Of a stretch of 64,000 nt of DNA, positions 1 to 12,479 are shown piece by piece. Under the pieces are notes generated by a model, which saw only the letters and a list, made by a program, of their open reading frames with translations, was not told where the DNA came from and did not search any database. Made by a program: the position numbers and the translations under genes. This DNA comes from Octopus vulgaris. Taxonomy: Eukaryota. Numbering within the stretch: the first letter of the stretch is position 1; each line of letters starts with the position of its first letter. Location of the stretch: the NCBI GenBank assembly GCA_951406725.2, contig OX597825.1, forward strand, positions 4,526,001 to 4,590,000, written 5' to 3'.

Positions 1-439
1 GTGGGGAAAACAAGCATTATAGTTTTATACTTTTAGCGCTGAACAGAACCTGATTTTCTGAAGTCAGCTACAATACTTCAGGAGAACAAGATTTGAACTC
101 TTCACGGATACATTGGGTACTTTATACCATAAAAGATGAAATAACCGAAAAATCAATTTGGAATCACGTAAATCATAAAATGAAATCATCAAAACTAAGA
201 GTATTGCAAGACGTATGAAACAAGATGCTTCGTACAGAATTTTAAAATGTCCTGAGAGAAGCGTATCCCGATATATATACAAGCGTGCATACAAATACAG
301 CACACATGTAACCAAGGAGAACGCAAAGGGCGAAGTAACTTGTCACTAATGAGACCGCAATCCCTTTCGACCGCTGAGTGAACGGGATCAAAGTCAAAGA
401 AAGTGACTTGCTCAAGAACAAAACACAATGTTCCGTCCA

Positions 440-497
<58 letters not shown>

Positions 498-586
498 AGT
501 GTATGTGTGTGTTTGTGTGTATACATATAAATGCACACACATCTATATATACATACATATATATATATACATAAATATATGTATAT

Positions 587-623
<37 letters not shown>

Positions 624-673
624 TAAATATTTGTTGTGCAAGATTTTTTATGTGAAGTCGTGTGTTGAAACAG

Positions 674-1152
674 ATATTGTTATATTTCGGAATGGTCATA
701 TTGCCAGTTTAGCCAATAAAAACACACGCACTATATATTTGGTGTTATTTTGCTTCAGTGATATTTATTTTTTACATTAATCTTAATCTTATTTCGGCCA
801 AAGTTCTTTCGTCACACTCCTGTGACTGCATCAGTGGTCCTTTGTTTTCTTCTCACTTACTTGTGTCTCTCCTTACTAACCGTCAGCCATTTTGTATTTC
901 TATTGTATGTCTTCATTTGCGCATGCTTATATCTCTATGTGCGTCTATGTTTATTTAGTGTGTGTGTGGGGGGGATGCCTGTAATATTTGTATCTTCTGG
1001 TTATATACATTCTTGTAATTTGTATTTTGTTTTTGTTGTTGTTGCTTTTGTTCTAATTTTGTTCATGTGTTTACATCCACCCATTATTATCATTACATAT
1101 GCTTGTATGTATGTATAACAACAATATTAGTAATAATAATAATAAATCTAAT
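674..1152 (+). repeat. Left arm of ~480-bp inverted repeat (PLE 3' pseudo-LTR region)
   Basis: Reverse complement of 3556-4033 with only a handful of substitutions/indels seen by eye. Confidence 0.95.
796..840 (-). ncRNA. Minimal hammerhead-like motif in the PLE pseudo-LTR (A9C core variant)
   Basis: Minus strand: ggacca CUGAUGCA GUCACA-ggag-UGUGAC GAAA gaacUU uggcc; 6-bp stem II, short stem I. Confidence 0.55.
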
Positions 1153-1356
1153 CGAGAAAAAAAAAAAAAAGAATATACATATACATATATATATATATAC
1201 ATACATATACATATACATATATATATATATACATATATACACACATATATACACTATATACATATACATATATATACACATATACATATATATAGATATT
1301 CATTTCTATTTCTTTAATTACCTGTGTATTTATTATGTTTGCAGGATCCACTATTG

Positions 1357-3609
1357 TCATATGTTGTGGTGTGCGCTATTGCTCCATTCTAGTTTTCTAT
1401 TCAGGCTAGGTTTATTTTCTATTATATGTGTAGCTTCTGTAATTTGTCTAATTGTTGCATCTGTTCTATGTGTGGACAATATCTTAATCTCTATGTTATT
1501 GATTGATCCCCCGTGTTCTTGTTCAGCGTGTTGGTACAGAATCGATGAGCTTTTACCTTCCTTGAGTTGTCTCCAATGTTCATTCACCCGCTCACCAATG
1601 CTTCTTGCAGTTTCCCCTACGTATGTTACTGTCTTGTTACTGCATCGTCCCTCTATACATCTTATACTATAGACCACATTTCTGGCTTTACAGTTCGTTT
1701 GTGGGCTAAATCTACATACAGTGCAATAGTTTTCCGTACAGAGAGTTCTACTAAAAGGATAGGTTCTACCAATTATAGATCTGATAGGGTTGCCTGGCTT
1801 TTCAACAACCTTAATTCTTAGTTTAAGTTTATCTAGGGTCCTTCTAAAGCGGTACGCTAGTTCACCTCCAGGGGTGGTGTCAACGAACATGACACTCTGG
1901 TATTTATGGCTATCATACCAAGAGTTGGCCTTCCTTATTTTCTTTTTTGTCCTTTCTATAGTGTTCCATGACTTGTTCCTATAGAGTGGGCAAATCCCAT
2001 TCCTATCATTACATAATATATTATCAAATTTTTTCATGGCTCCTTTGTATACTCTGATCCTTTCTTTATGGCTGTAACCTGAGAACTGCATGCGGTGAAT
2101 GAAATACTGTATGTGTCTCTTTAATTCTGTAGGCTCGCACATGCGTGACACATTTCTCATTATTCTGACGAGGTCTGCCATCAAAATATTGAATTTGGCA
2201 TTGCCCGCAATGGCTGAGTTCCGGTGGATCAGGTATTTTGAGGCCATAGGTTTTGCATAGTATGAATGAAGGATTTGGGTTTTATTTTTCACAATTTCTA
2301 GCCAGAGTTCAGTGTCTAGTACTGGTAGTCTATGGTTGGGGTGTTTAGTGGGGTAGTCTATTGTGACCTTAATACTCTGGTGGATGGAGTTAGCTATTTG
2401 CTGGATGCTCTCCATAGTATTAGTTTCTATTACTATATCAACAGTACTCTCTTGTGGGGGTGCCTTTACTACTATATTGATATCATCAACATAGCGAGAG
2501 TACATGTTTACGAGTATGGATTTCTGCAGTAGGCATTCTTTAAGCCTTCTGTCCCACCATACCATGAAGAGGTTGGCCACATCACCAGCGATACTAACAC
2601 CGATGGCTGCCCCCTCGTCCTGGGCATATATTTTATTATTAAATTTAAATGTGTGGCCTTTTAGGGTAACTCTTATACTAGCTCCTAGTGCATGTGCGAT
2701 CATTTTCTTTACCTGATGGACATTTGCGGGGCTCCGTATGGCTCTGGTCCATCCGCGCCATCTTTCTATATGTGTCTTCCTAGCCATAGAAGTAATTGTA
2801 GGCGGTCTACCTCTTAAACATCTACTGGGGCAGAAACTACTAAGATTATGTTTATCTAAGTATTCACTATTATATGTCAGTCTAAGTAGGAGGCCCAGTT
2901 CTTCTGTGTCGACATTACAGAACTCCACCTGGCTCTCGTTGATCATCTCCACGCACTTCTCCACTGCAAAATCTACGTCAATCGATGGGTATAGGGATAC
3001 CACATCCATGCTACCTACTATACATCCTGTCAAGTCACAAGTTTTGTTACAGTCACTGATCCTGCTTAGAAGATCTTCTGTGCTGTCACATACATCAGGT
3101 GACATCCTGATTATAGGGCGTATGATCATTGAGAGGAAGTAGGAGATTCTGTAATTGCTAGCGATATTCGCTCCACAGACTGGTCTTGTTGGTGGTCCTG
3201 CTATAGGGTCAGTAAAACCTTTATGGTCCTTGCGAAGTCCATACAGTGCCGGGATATCATTGTTCCAGGCTTGGAAATTCTTTGCAGTACGTTTCTGAGG
3301 TCCCAGAACAATTGTCCACATCATCATGTGGGCATTGAGGACCTTTTCTCTCTCCTCATGCGCCTGTACAGTTGTTACTTTTGTATTGGCGATATGAGGT
3401 TGCATTGCCTGGATGTAGTTCGGTAAGCTGTCTATTGACATCCTGCCGGACTTATCCGTGGGAAGGCATATCACCTCTCCGTTCCTCGTGCGCTGAATGA
3501 GCTTCTGTAGGCCACATGCAGGTTTAATCCCTAGTTGTTGGGCATCTGTCTTATTATTAGATTTATTATTATTATTACTAATATTGTTGTTATACATACA
3601 TACAAGCAT
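1357..3609 (-). CDS. Penelope-like reverse transcriptase + GIY-YIG endonuclease (N-terminally truncated; first ~18 aa derive from the inverted repeat)
   Basis: Uninterrupted 750-aa ORF with PTDKSG (DKG-like motif), LYGLRKDHK, PTRPV, SMDVVSLYPSI, QDEGAAIG, YSRYVDD, LPVLD, Cys-rich linker CTENYCTVC..NC, and VVYSIRC...YVGETARSIGERVNEH...EATHI..KPSLN. Confidence 0.93.
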   Translation of the reverse strand: MLVCMYNNNISNNNNKSNNKTDAQQLGIKPACGLQKLIQRTRNGEVICLPTDKSGRMSIDSLPNYIQAMQPHIANTKVTTVQAHEEREKVLNAHMMMWTIVLGPQKRTAKNFQAWNNDIPALYGLRKDHKGFTDPIAGPPTRPVCGANIASNYRISYFLSMIIRPIIRMSPDVCDSTEDLLSRISDCNKTCDLTGCIVGSMDVVSLYPSIDVDFAVEKCVEMINESQVEFCNVDTEELGLLLRLTYNSEYLDKHNLSSFCPSRCLRGRPPTITSMARKTHIERWRGWTRAIRSPANVHQVKKMIAHALGASIRVTLKGHTFKFNNKIYAQDEGAAIGVSIAGDVANLFMVWWDRRLKECLLQKSILVNMYSRYVDDINIVVKAPPQESTVDIVIETNTMESIQQIANSIHQSIKVTIDYPTKHPNHRLPVLDTELWLEIVKNKTQILHSYYAKPMASKYLIHRNSAIAGNAKFNILMADLVRIMRNVSRMCEPTELKRHIQYFIHRMQFSGYSHKERIRVYKGAMKKFDNILCNDRNGICPLYRNKSWNTIERTKKKIRKANSWYDSHKYQSVMFVDTTPGGELAYRFRRTLDKLKLRIKVVEKPGNPIRSIIGRTYPFSRTLCTENYCTVCRFSPQTNCKARNVVYSIRCIEGRCSNKTVTYVGETARSIGERVNEHWRQLKEGKSSSILYQHAEQEHGGSINNIEIKILSTHRTDATIRQITEATHIIENKPSLNRKLEWSNSAHHNI

Positions 3610-4033
3610 ATGTAATGATAATAATGGGTGGATGTAAACACATGAACAAAATTAGAACAAAAGCAACAACAACAAAAACAAAATACAAATTACAAGAATG
3701 TATATAACCAGAAGATACAAATATTACAGGCATCCCCCCCCCACACACACTAAATAAACATAGACGCACATAGAGATATAAGCATGCGCAAATGAAGACA
3801 TACAATAGAAATACAAAATGGCTGACGGTTAGTAAGGAGAGACAAAGTAAGTGAGAAGAAAACAAAGGACCACTGATGCGGTCACAGGAGTGTGACGAAA
3901 GAACTTTGGCCGAAATAAGATTAAGATTAATGTAAAAAATAAATATCACTGAAGAAAAATAACACCAAATATATAGTGCGTGTGTTTTTATTGGCTAAAC
4001 TGGCAATATGACCATTCCGAAATATAACAATAT
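3556..4033 (-). repeat. Right arm of inverted repeat (inverted copy of the PLE 3' end fused at the 5' truncation point)
   Basis: attagatttattatt...ccgaaatataacaatat is the reverse complement of 674-1152. Confidence 0.95.
3867..3911 (+). ncRNA. Second copy of the hammerhead-like motif (inverted pseudo-LTR)
   Basis: ggacca CTGATGCG GTCACA-ggag-TGTGAC GAAA gaactt tggcc. Confidence 0.5.
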
Positions 4034-4057
4034 ATATGTGTATGTATATATATAAAA

Positions 4058-7000
4058 CTTAGATAAAATTTAGATATGTTTCGACCAAAGATTGGTCCAG
4101 GCCATGTCTAACTTAATAACACCACCTAATAGGATTATCTAAATCCTGTTTAAGTCAAGTTTTGTTTATGATCCATTCAAGTAGTGAGTTTTTGTTGGGG
4201 GAGTTGTATCCAATTATGGGTGGCTTATCTGGTATTCCTTGAAGGAATCTATCCAAACTCCGTTTAAAGTTGATGGGATCCTTTTCCTCTTTGATCTCTT
4301 TCGGGACAATGTTAAATAGGGCAGGGCCTGTTGAGGAAAAGAAATTATGTTGCAGTGTTCATGTATGCTGTGATCCTGAATTGGGCAGGGGACGTATGGC
4401 CCGTGGTCCCAGTTTTGGATGAACCTTGAAGCTAATGTTCAGGTCGTTTGGGCAGAGTTGACGGTATATTCTCCACATCGTACAAATGATGTACCGCTCA
4501 CGGCGACGCTGGAGAGAGTAGAGCTTCAATGCTTTAAGGCGGTCCCAATAATCGAGAGCAGCCATGCCTTCAATTCGTTTAGTGAGTGCCCTCTGGGGTT
4601 ATTCAATCCTCGAGATGTTTTGTCTTGTATGGGGAGACCACAGTGGGCAGCAGTATTCGAGGTGTGGCCGTACAAAGGAGGAGAAAAGTGGTATGATGAC
4701 ACCTTGTTCTCTGGACCGGAAAGTTCTTAAGATCCAGGAACTCATCCTACGAGCTATATCGACCTTATTGTTGATGTGTGAACTCCAACTGAGATCGTCA
4801 TCAACAATTACACCCAGGTCTCTGATATTGTTAAAGCTGTGAGAGGTTCCCCTGAAGGAAGAGAGTATGGCTGTTTTAGTGAGGAATTTCTTCCAAAATG
4901 CATCAGCTCAAATTTTCCCTCGTTCAGTTGCATTTTGTTTCTGTCTGCCCATTGACTCACAGCATATAGATCAGACTGGAGTTGAGTTCGGTCTGCTTCT
5001 TCGTTGATGATTTGCTGGAACTTAGTGTCATCAGCAAATGTTTCCCCTTTGCAGTAATGTACGACACTGAAAAGGTCGTTTATGTAAATTATAAAGAGTA
5101 GCGCGCCCAAGACAGTCCCCTGGGGGACACCGCTGGTGACTTTTACTGGGCTTGAGTGGACTCCGTCAACTACAACATGTTGTGTTCTACTCGCCTGGAA
5201 ATACTTAATCCAGTGTAGAAGTTTTCCGCGGATTCCAACATTTGCCAATTTGGAGAGTAGGATAGTATGGTCAACCCTGTCGAACGCTTTACTGAAGTCA
5301 AGATATATGACATCAGAGTCGAACCCGTTCCCAAGGTTTTGAGTATATCTTCAATGTGGTGTAAGAGCTGTGTTAGACAGTCTCTGCCACAGCGAAAGCC
5401 ATGTTGATTTGCATTTAGGAGTTTGTGGGTCTCCAGGAAGTCAGCTATCCTTGATCTTAACACTCTTTCAAACACTTTAATGATGTGGGAGGTGAGTGAG
5501 ATTGGGCGATAGTTGATTGCGAGGGATCTGTTTCACTGTTTGAAAACCGGGATGACAGACTGGGATAGAAGCTGTTTCGGTATATACCCTGAGTTTAACG
5601 AATTTCTCCAGAGGTTGGTCAGAGGGACTGCAAGTTGGTGTCTACATTCCTTCAGGAGATTAGCGGGGAATCTATCAGGGCCTACAGCAGAATAGTATTT
5701 GACCTCATTTATTGCTGCTATGATGTCAGAGGCAGTGAAAGTTATGTCTGAGATTTTATGTTGGGAATCAACTTCGTTCGCTTCTCTTACGTCAATATCA
5801 GTGGGAACACTAAAGAGAGAGCAGTATTGTTTCTGCAGTATTTCTGCCATTTCTTTAGCATCGTGTTGGGGATTGCCGTTATCATCAATCAATGGCCCAA
5901 TGGGTGAGACTGTGGTTCTATGCTTATTTTCATAAGAATAGAACACTTTTGGATTCTGTTTGATGTTTTTGATTACCCACTGTTCCTCCACAGCTCTTTG
6001 ATTTTTAATGGAAGTTTTCATGTCGGTCTGCAGATGAAGTTTTTCCAACTCTAGCCATTTTTATTGTTGTTGAATGTGGATGTTGTATGTGGGAATATTT
6101 TAATTGGTTGATTTTTTAGTGAGTCTTTTGATGCGCCTGATGAGTGTTTTTTTTTCTTTTTAGGGAGCCGGTTTCTGTTTGTGTTAGTATATTTCGTAGG
6201 AGTGTGTTTAGAGCTAGGTGACAATATTCCCAAAGTGCTGCCATGCAGTCACAATTTGGGTTGAATTGAGAGTAAAAGACCAGTCGACGAAAGACAGATC
6301 CTTTCTGATTGCTCCCCAGTCCGCTTTGTGCAAGTTTATGTTGTCAAATGAGTGCCATGGAGTGGGATTGGATGATTTGGTTTTGATATGTCGGGAATTA
6401 AAATTGCAGAGTACCATGTCGTGGTCTGAGAGGAGAGTTTTTTCAACTGAAATACTGTTAACGAAACTAGAGTAGTAGGTTAAAATTAGATCCAAGATCG
6501 TTTTATTCTGTCTTGTTGGTTCAAGCACTAGCTGAGTCAGGAAGAATTTATCCATTAGATTAAAGAGTAAATCTGCTGCTGCTTTATCTGATGTAGTGCA
6601 TTTGCCTAACTTCAGAGTATTTCTGGGCCAGTTTATATGAGGGAGGTTTAAATCACCCATAACTAGTATGTTTCCGGAGTTGTATTTTTGAAGGAAGGAC
6701 TTGATTTTGTTAAGGCACTCTTCAAAGCACTTTAGAGAGGCTTGGGGAGGCTTTTAAAGACCAACAATGATTATGTCTTTGGCCTTGTTGAATAGTGATA
6801 TAGATTCACAATAGCCATTGGAAAATACGTCCGTGGCATCAAGTGAAAAGGAGTCATGGATAAAGATGGCTGTCCCTCCTTTATTTCGGTCTGTGCGATC
6901 TGCACGAACGATGGTGAAATCTTTTATTTTCACCTCGGCATCCATATGGGTGTTGTTTAGGTAAGTTTCAGTAAGGATAAAGAAAGAGAAGCAATGTGCC

Positions 7001-7450
7001 GTTTCGGCAAGCCAACTCACTATATATGGGATCTTCCATTTTTGGGCAATGATTGATGGGTTGATGCCACGTACATTTAACAGGAATGTCGAGGTAAGGG
7101 TAGTTTGATGTTTGCATTGTTCTAAGTTATGTTTTATGTTGTTCCTTTGGTAACAATGTGGGTAGATTTTGTATGGAGCTGTGTGTATGATTTTCTTGTT
7201 GGTAGTGGGTGTGTGGTCCTTGTGATTTGCATAAATGGTTGCTGATAGCTCGTTGGATCTTCTGGCTTAGGTCGGCCTCCATATTTTCTAGGTAAGTCAG
7301 TAAAAAAGAGTTGCCTCTTTGGTTTGCCACTTGGTCAGAGGATACATAGTTCATGTTTATGTCATTTGGTGTTATGTTTTTTTCATGGTTCTGTCTTCGT
7401 TGTTTGATTGTAAGAGGTGAAACGTGGTTGTATTTTGTTTTTGTTGTTGT
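4058..7450 (-). mobile_element. CR1/L2-group non-LTR retrotransposon, decayed (APE endonuclease + RT in several frames, possible ORF1 remnant at ~7127-7450)
   Basis: APE motifs LNVRG, LTETYL, MGDLNLP, TILDLIL, LLSDH; RT motifs VGPD, PVFK, YRPISLTSHIIKVFERV, QHGFR, SGVPQGTVLG, FADDTK; C-terminal LKALKLYSLQRRRERY; multiple frameshifts. Confidence 0.9.
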
Positions 7451-7801
7451 CCTAGATCTCCTCTGTTGCTGTTTATATTTATTTATATATATATAGATAT
7501 AGATAAAGATATAGATATCTACACACACAAACATATAATGGCATTTGATACCTGCGTAAGTATACATCAGAAACAGGTTTTACATAATCAAAATTCCAGA
7601 CTGCACACTTATGAATACGTACTAAATTACAGATATGATATGTACATTTATATACGTCCATTCATATATACATACATGCGCAGTGCATATATATATATAT
7701 ATATATATATACATAATATATATATATACAGAGACAGAGAGAGAAACACACATACGTACACACACATATATATAATTATATCTATATTTATATGTATATG
7801 T

Positions 7802-7851
<50 letters not shown>

Positions 7852-8851
7852 GCACACATATTAGGCAGACCTAGATACGTATATACATATTTATCTCTAT
7901 ATAAGCACTTCAAAATCTTCACAAAATTTCCTGAATATATCTACAAATAAAACAGCTTCTGGGAATTTAAACAACAGCATTGTATTTAGTGAATTGGAAA
8001 TGTTGACACTGAGCCAATGTAAAGTGTCCGAACAATAGTCAAATTATTATATTCTATTTATTTTCCTCGGTGTCCTCCCCCACCCGTCTTATCTGTGTCT
8101 CTGTGTGCTCGTATCTCTATTTGGGTAAGGCGTATTTGTTTGTGTGTATGTGTATATGTGTGTGCGCGAGCTTTCATATGAGTTCGTCCGCGTGTTGTTG
8201 TCTGCATTGTTTGCACATATATCTTCATTTAAATTATGTGTATATATGCATATGTATATATATATGCATATATATATATATATACATACATATATATATA
8301 TACATACATATATATACATATATACATACATATATATGTATATATAAATACATATATATATATAAATATACATATATACATATATATATGCATGCATATG
8401 TGTGAGTATATAGAACCGTCATAGGGTGTGCACACACATATGCGCACATGTATGCTTATGAAAGAATGTATGTGCATGGTTGCATGTATATGTATATATA
8501 TATGTATATATATATATTTATATATATATATGCATATATATGTACATATATATATCTTTACATATATATTTATGCGTATATATATATATGTATATACATA
8601 TGTGTGTGTGTATGTATGTAGCGTATATACGTATATACACACATATACACACATATATGCGTATACATATATATACATATATCCATATATAACTATGTAT
8701 ATGTGTATATATATATGTATATATATATATGTACACATATATACATACATATATATATACATACGTATATATATATATATATATGTATAGATACACATGT
8801 ATATATATATATAGATATGTATTTATATGTGTATGTATGTTTATATGTAAG

Positions 8852-8883
<32 letters not shown>

Positions 8884-8908
8884 TATATATATATACGTAT
8901 ATGTACAT

Positions 8909-8963
<55 letters not shown>

Positions 8964-9695
8964 TCAGGATACGTCCATACACACATACGTATTCAGTGAT
9001 TTCATTTTTACTTCTTTTACTTTTTCATTCAATGAAATAGTTCTCCTTCCGTTTTTGAAGCAATGAAAACTGTCAATATCAATATGCAGTGATTAATTGT
9101 AAATTGAAAATAGAAACGAACAGCTGAAGTGATTTTCTCTTTATTTTCTTTGGCTTTCTTGTTTTCGTTGTTTCGAGAAATCAACGAAAATTCCCTTCAG
9201 ACTTGGTAGATAGCATTTCTAGAACTATTTCATTTGTCTTGCAGCATCTTTCTCGGCTTTATTTGTACTTATTCATGTATGTATGTATGTATATATGTAT
9301 GTATATATGTATGAATGTACCTATGTATGCATGTACGTATGTATATGCATAAATATATATATATATATGTATGTATATATATATGTCTGTATGTATATAC
9401 CTGTATATATATATATATATATATATATATTCATAAAATATACTTATCGTTAGGTATACATATATATATATATGTATGTATTTAGAATGAATATATATAT
9501 ATGTGTGTGTGTGTGTGTCTGTGTGTCTCTGTGTGTGTATGTGCGTCTGTGTGTGTGTGTGAATGTGTTTGCGTGAGTGTGTGTGTGTAAATATGTGCGT
9601 ATATATGTACATATCCTTGTATATGTATACATGTTTGTATGTATGTATGTACGTATGCTTGTATCTGTGCATGTATATATATGTGTGTGTGTATG

Positions 9696-9748
<53 letters not shown>

Positions 9749-10526
9749 TTAAAATTTCCACTCTGAACTTCCATAGTAATGTGACTGATTTTATCAAGGA
9801 AGATAATCTATTTGTGTATGTAAACTCTTCACGTAAGTTAATAAATAGTTTTTTCTGTTTGTTTCTTTTTAAAACTATTCTTTTTCCTTTGTATTTGTTT
9901 TTTGTCGTTCGTTAATGTGTTTCTTTTTTTAGCTCCATCACTTGTTTAGAATGATTGAACCATATTGAACAGGGCGAAGATTTATTTCATACTGAAACGA
10001 ACTAACAAGCAACTGTCGAAACTGAATAACATTTTAACACAACATTACAAATATGTAGTCCATTCATTATTAATTACAACGTCTGGTAAAAGTTTACTGG
10101 ATTGCATTCTGCTTTATTTCATACAAATTTTAACTAAAGTTCTAGAAATTCATGGCAAAATTATTTATCAAATTTCTGTTGGAAGATTTTGGCAGACATA
10201 AATATGTTTTATATATATATATATATTATAATTCCCATTATCTATTTTGATAGCATTCTCTTTTTATTTGAACTGTCAGAGTTTCAAGGGGCGAAGATTA
10301 ATAACAAAAAAGAAAAACAGGCGTGGATAACTGTAGGTGTCATTCACATTTTACTCGTATATAGTCGGAGATGTAAATCTGCGCGTAAACAAGAATGACA
10401 GGTGAAACCTGATGGTGTTACAGAATGTCATAAATAATGAAACTGCGAGCATAGGTAAATATTGTAGAAAGTACAAGAGAATAAAACCAGGAAATATGAT
10501 ATATATATATATATACATATTAAAAA

Positions 10527-10896
<370 letters not shown>

Positions 10897-10927
10897 TTTA
10901 GAAAATTCCAAAAATAAAAAATATTAT

Positions 10928-11015
10928 GAGGAGCGTATGGCGTAGTGGTTAAGACGACCGGCTGCTAACCCCAAGATTCCGTGTTCGATTCCAGCCAGTG
11001 ACCTGAATAATAATC

Positions 11016-11095
<80 letters not shown>

Positions 11096-11345
11096 AAGAA
11101 GAAGAAGAAGAAGAAGAAGAAGAAGAAGAAGAAGAAGAAGAAGAAGAAGAAGGAGAAGAAGAAGAATAAGAACAACAACAACAACAGCAACAACAACATC
11201 GAAAAATACCTTAGGAATGAGAACGCAAGTTCAAAATTTCCCCAAGACACCTGATGAAGGATGGAGGGTATATCAGCCGAAACGTAGTGTTAACAACAAA
11301 CAAGATGAGGACAAATATCTGTCAAGTGTAAATGATGAAAATAAC
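10928..11345 (+). mobile_element. tRNA-headed SINE-like element with (AAT)(AAG)(AAC) middle and hammerhead-containing tail (right copy)
   Basis: A box TGGCGTAGTGG 10938-10948, B box GTTCGATTCC 10983-10992, HHR at 11246-11291. Confidence 0.82.
11246..11291 (+). ncRNA. Minimal type I hammerhead ribozyme motif
   Basis: gacac CUGAUGA A GGAUG-gaggguauau-CAGCC GAAAC GUA guguu; stem I gacac/guguu, palindromic ACGU stem III, GUA cleavage triplet. Confidence 0.75.
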
Positions 11346-11346
11346 G

Positions 11347-11400
<54 letters not shown>

Positions 11401-12101
11401 CACGTATGTGTGTGCATATATGTATGATGTATGTATGTATGTATGTATGTATGTATGTATGTATGTATGTATGTATGTATGTGGGATCTTCTATGCGTAG
11501 CTCCGCTTGTGGAAATATTACACCACTTAACCCCTCATAACCTTTTTATTTTTTGAATTTTCTAAAAATTTCTATAGAATTTGTATTCTACGCACGAGAC
11601 CTAATACGAATGTGCAAAAACAAATACCAAAAAATGGTGCACGATTTAAGGCCTATTGAGCTATTATTTTTAGCACTTCTCACGACCACCTCATAATTCA
11701 TGTGTTTTAAGCATTTCGTAAGCAAATAATAACCACGTATGTAAACAGCTTTGTAACAGCTTTACTAGTTACTATGGAAACAGGCACCTATATGTCTGTG
11801 GCGTTCGATTGGCAAAATTTATACCAAGATTCGCCAAATTTTGAAAGCAAATAAATCGTCCTTTATTGTTTCATGGCAGAAGTTAATTTCTCGTCAATAA
11901 TTGCTGTACCAAATTACACCAAAAGACCCGAGAAGAAATGAATTGGACAACATTTCAAGACATTGAATAGTGACACCCAAACATAAAATATGCTGTCTAT
12001 GTGTGCTGTAAACGGGTGACCCTGCGGTAGAATAATCTTCCGATCAATAGTGGTCAATGAATGACTATTGTTCCTGAAGTTGTTTATATATATATATACA
12101 T

Positions 12102-12290
12102 AGGAAGAGTTTACGAAAAAAACAAAAGACGAAGACAGGTGGTGTACAAAACAAACAGATGTATTAGTATAACGCTCAGGAATAGAAAAAGTCTTTTACG
12201 TTTCGAGCCTACGCTCTTCTACAAAAAGGGACACAAAAAAAACAAGGAGAGAAAAAAATGTGTGTAGTGGCTAACGATCTATCATGGCGA
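12102..12290 (-). mobile_element. Short PLE pseudo-LTR-like fragment with degenerate hammerhead (12191-12230)
   Basis: cuuu UUGUAGA A GAGC-guag-GCUC GAAAC GUA aaag; shares acgctYaggaa...acgtttcgagc..gctcttc with 32600-32778; microsatellite flanks. Confidence 0.6.
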
Positions 12291-12479
12291 TACACATATG
12301 CACAAAAACACACACACACTCACGCACACACTTGCACACACACACACATATATTATAGGTTTCTTAAATTTTCCGTTGAGCCAATACACTTACAAGGATA
12401 TGATTAAACCAGGATTATAGAAAACGACACTTCTTCAACGCGTAGACACACTTGTGCCCATAATCCTACCACAAGCTAA

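Larger units (their letters stand above)
620..4033 (-). mobile_element. Penelope-like retroelement (EN+ PLE, C-terminal GIY-YIG), 5'-truncated, with inverted pseudo-LTR, inserted in (TA)n
   Basis: RT+GIY-YIG ORF 1357-3555; near-identical inverted copies 674-1152 / 3556-4033; HHR-like motif in the repeat; TA-rich tracts at both outer ends. Confidence 0.92.

Noticed and set aside
3556-3609. MLVCMYNNNISNNNNKSN as the true start of the PLE protein
   Set aside because: It lies in the inverted copy of the 3' UTR; the same peptide appears at 1099 on the plus strand
10928-11003. Functional tRNA genes (also heads at 14219, 38987 and ~41050)
   Set aside because: No proper acceptor stem or full cloverleaf, and each continues into a repeated SINE body
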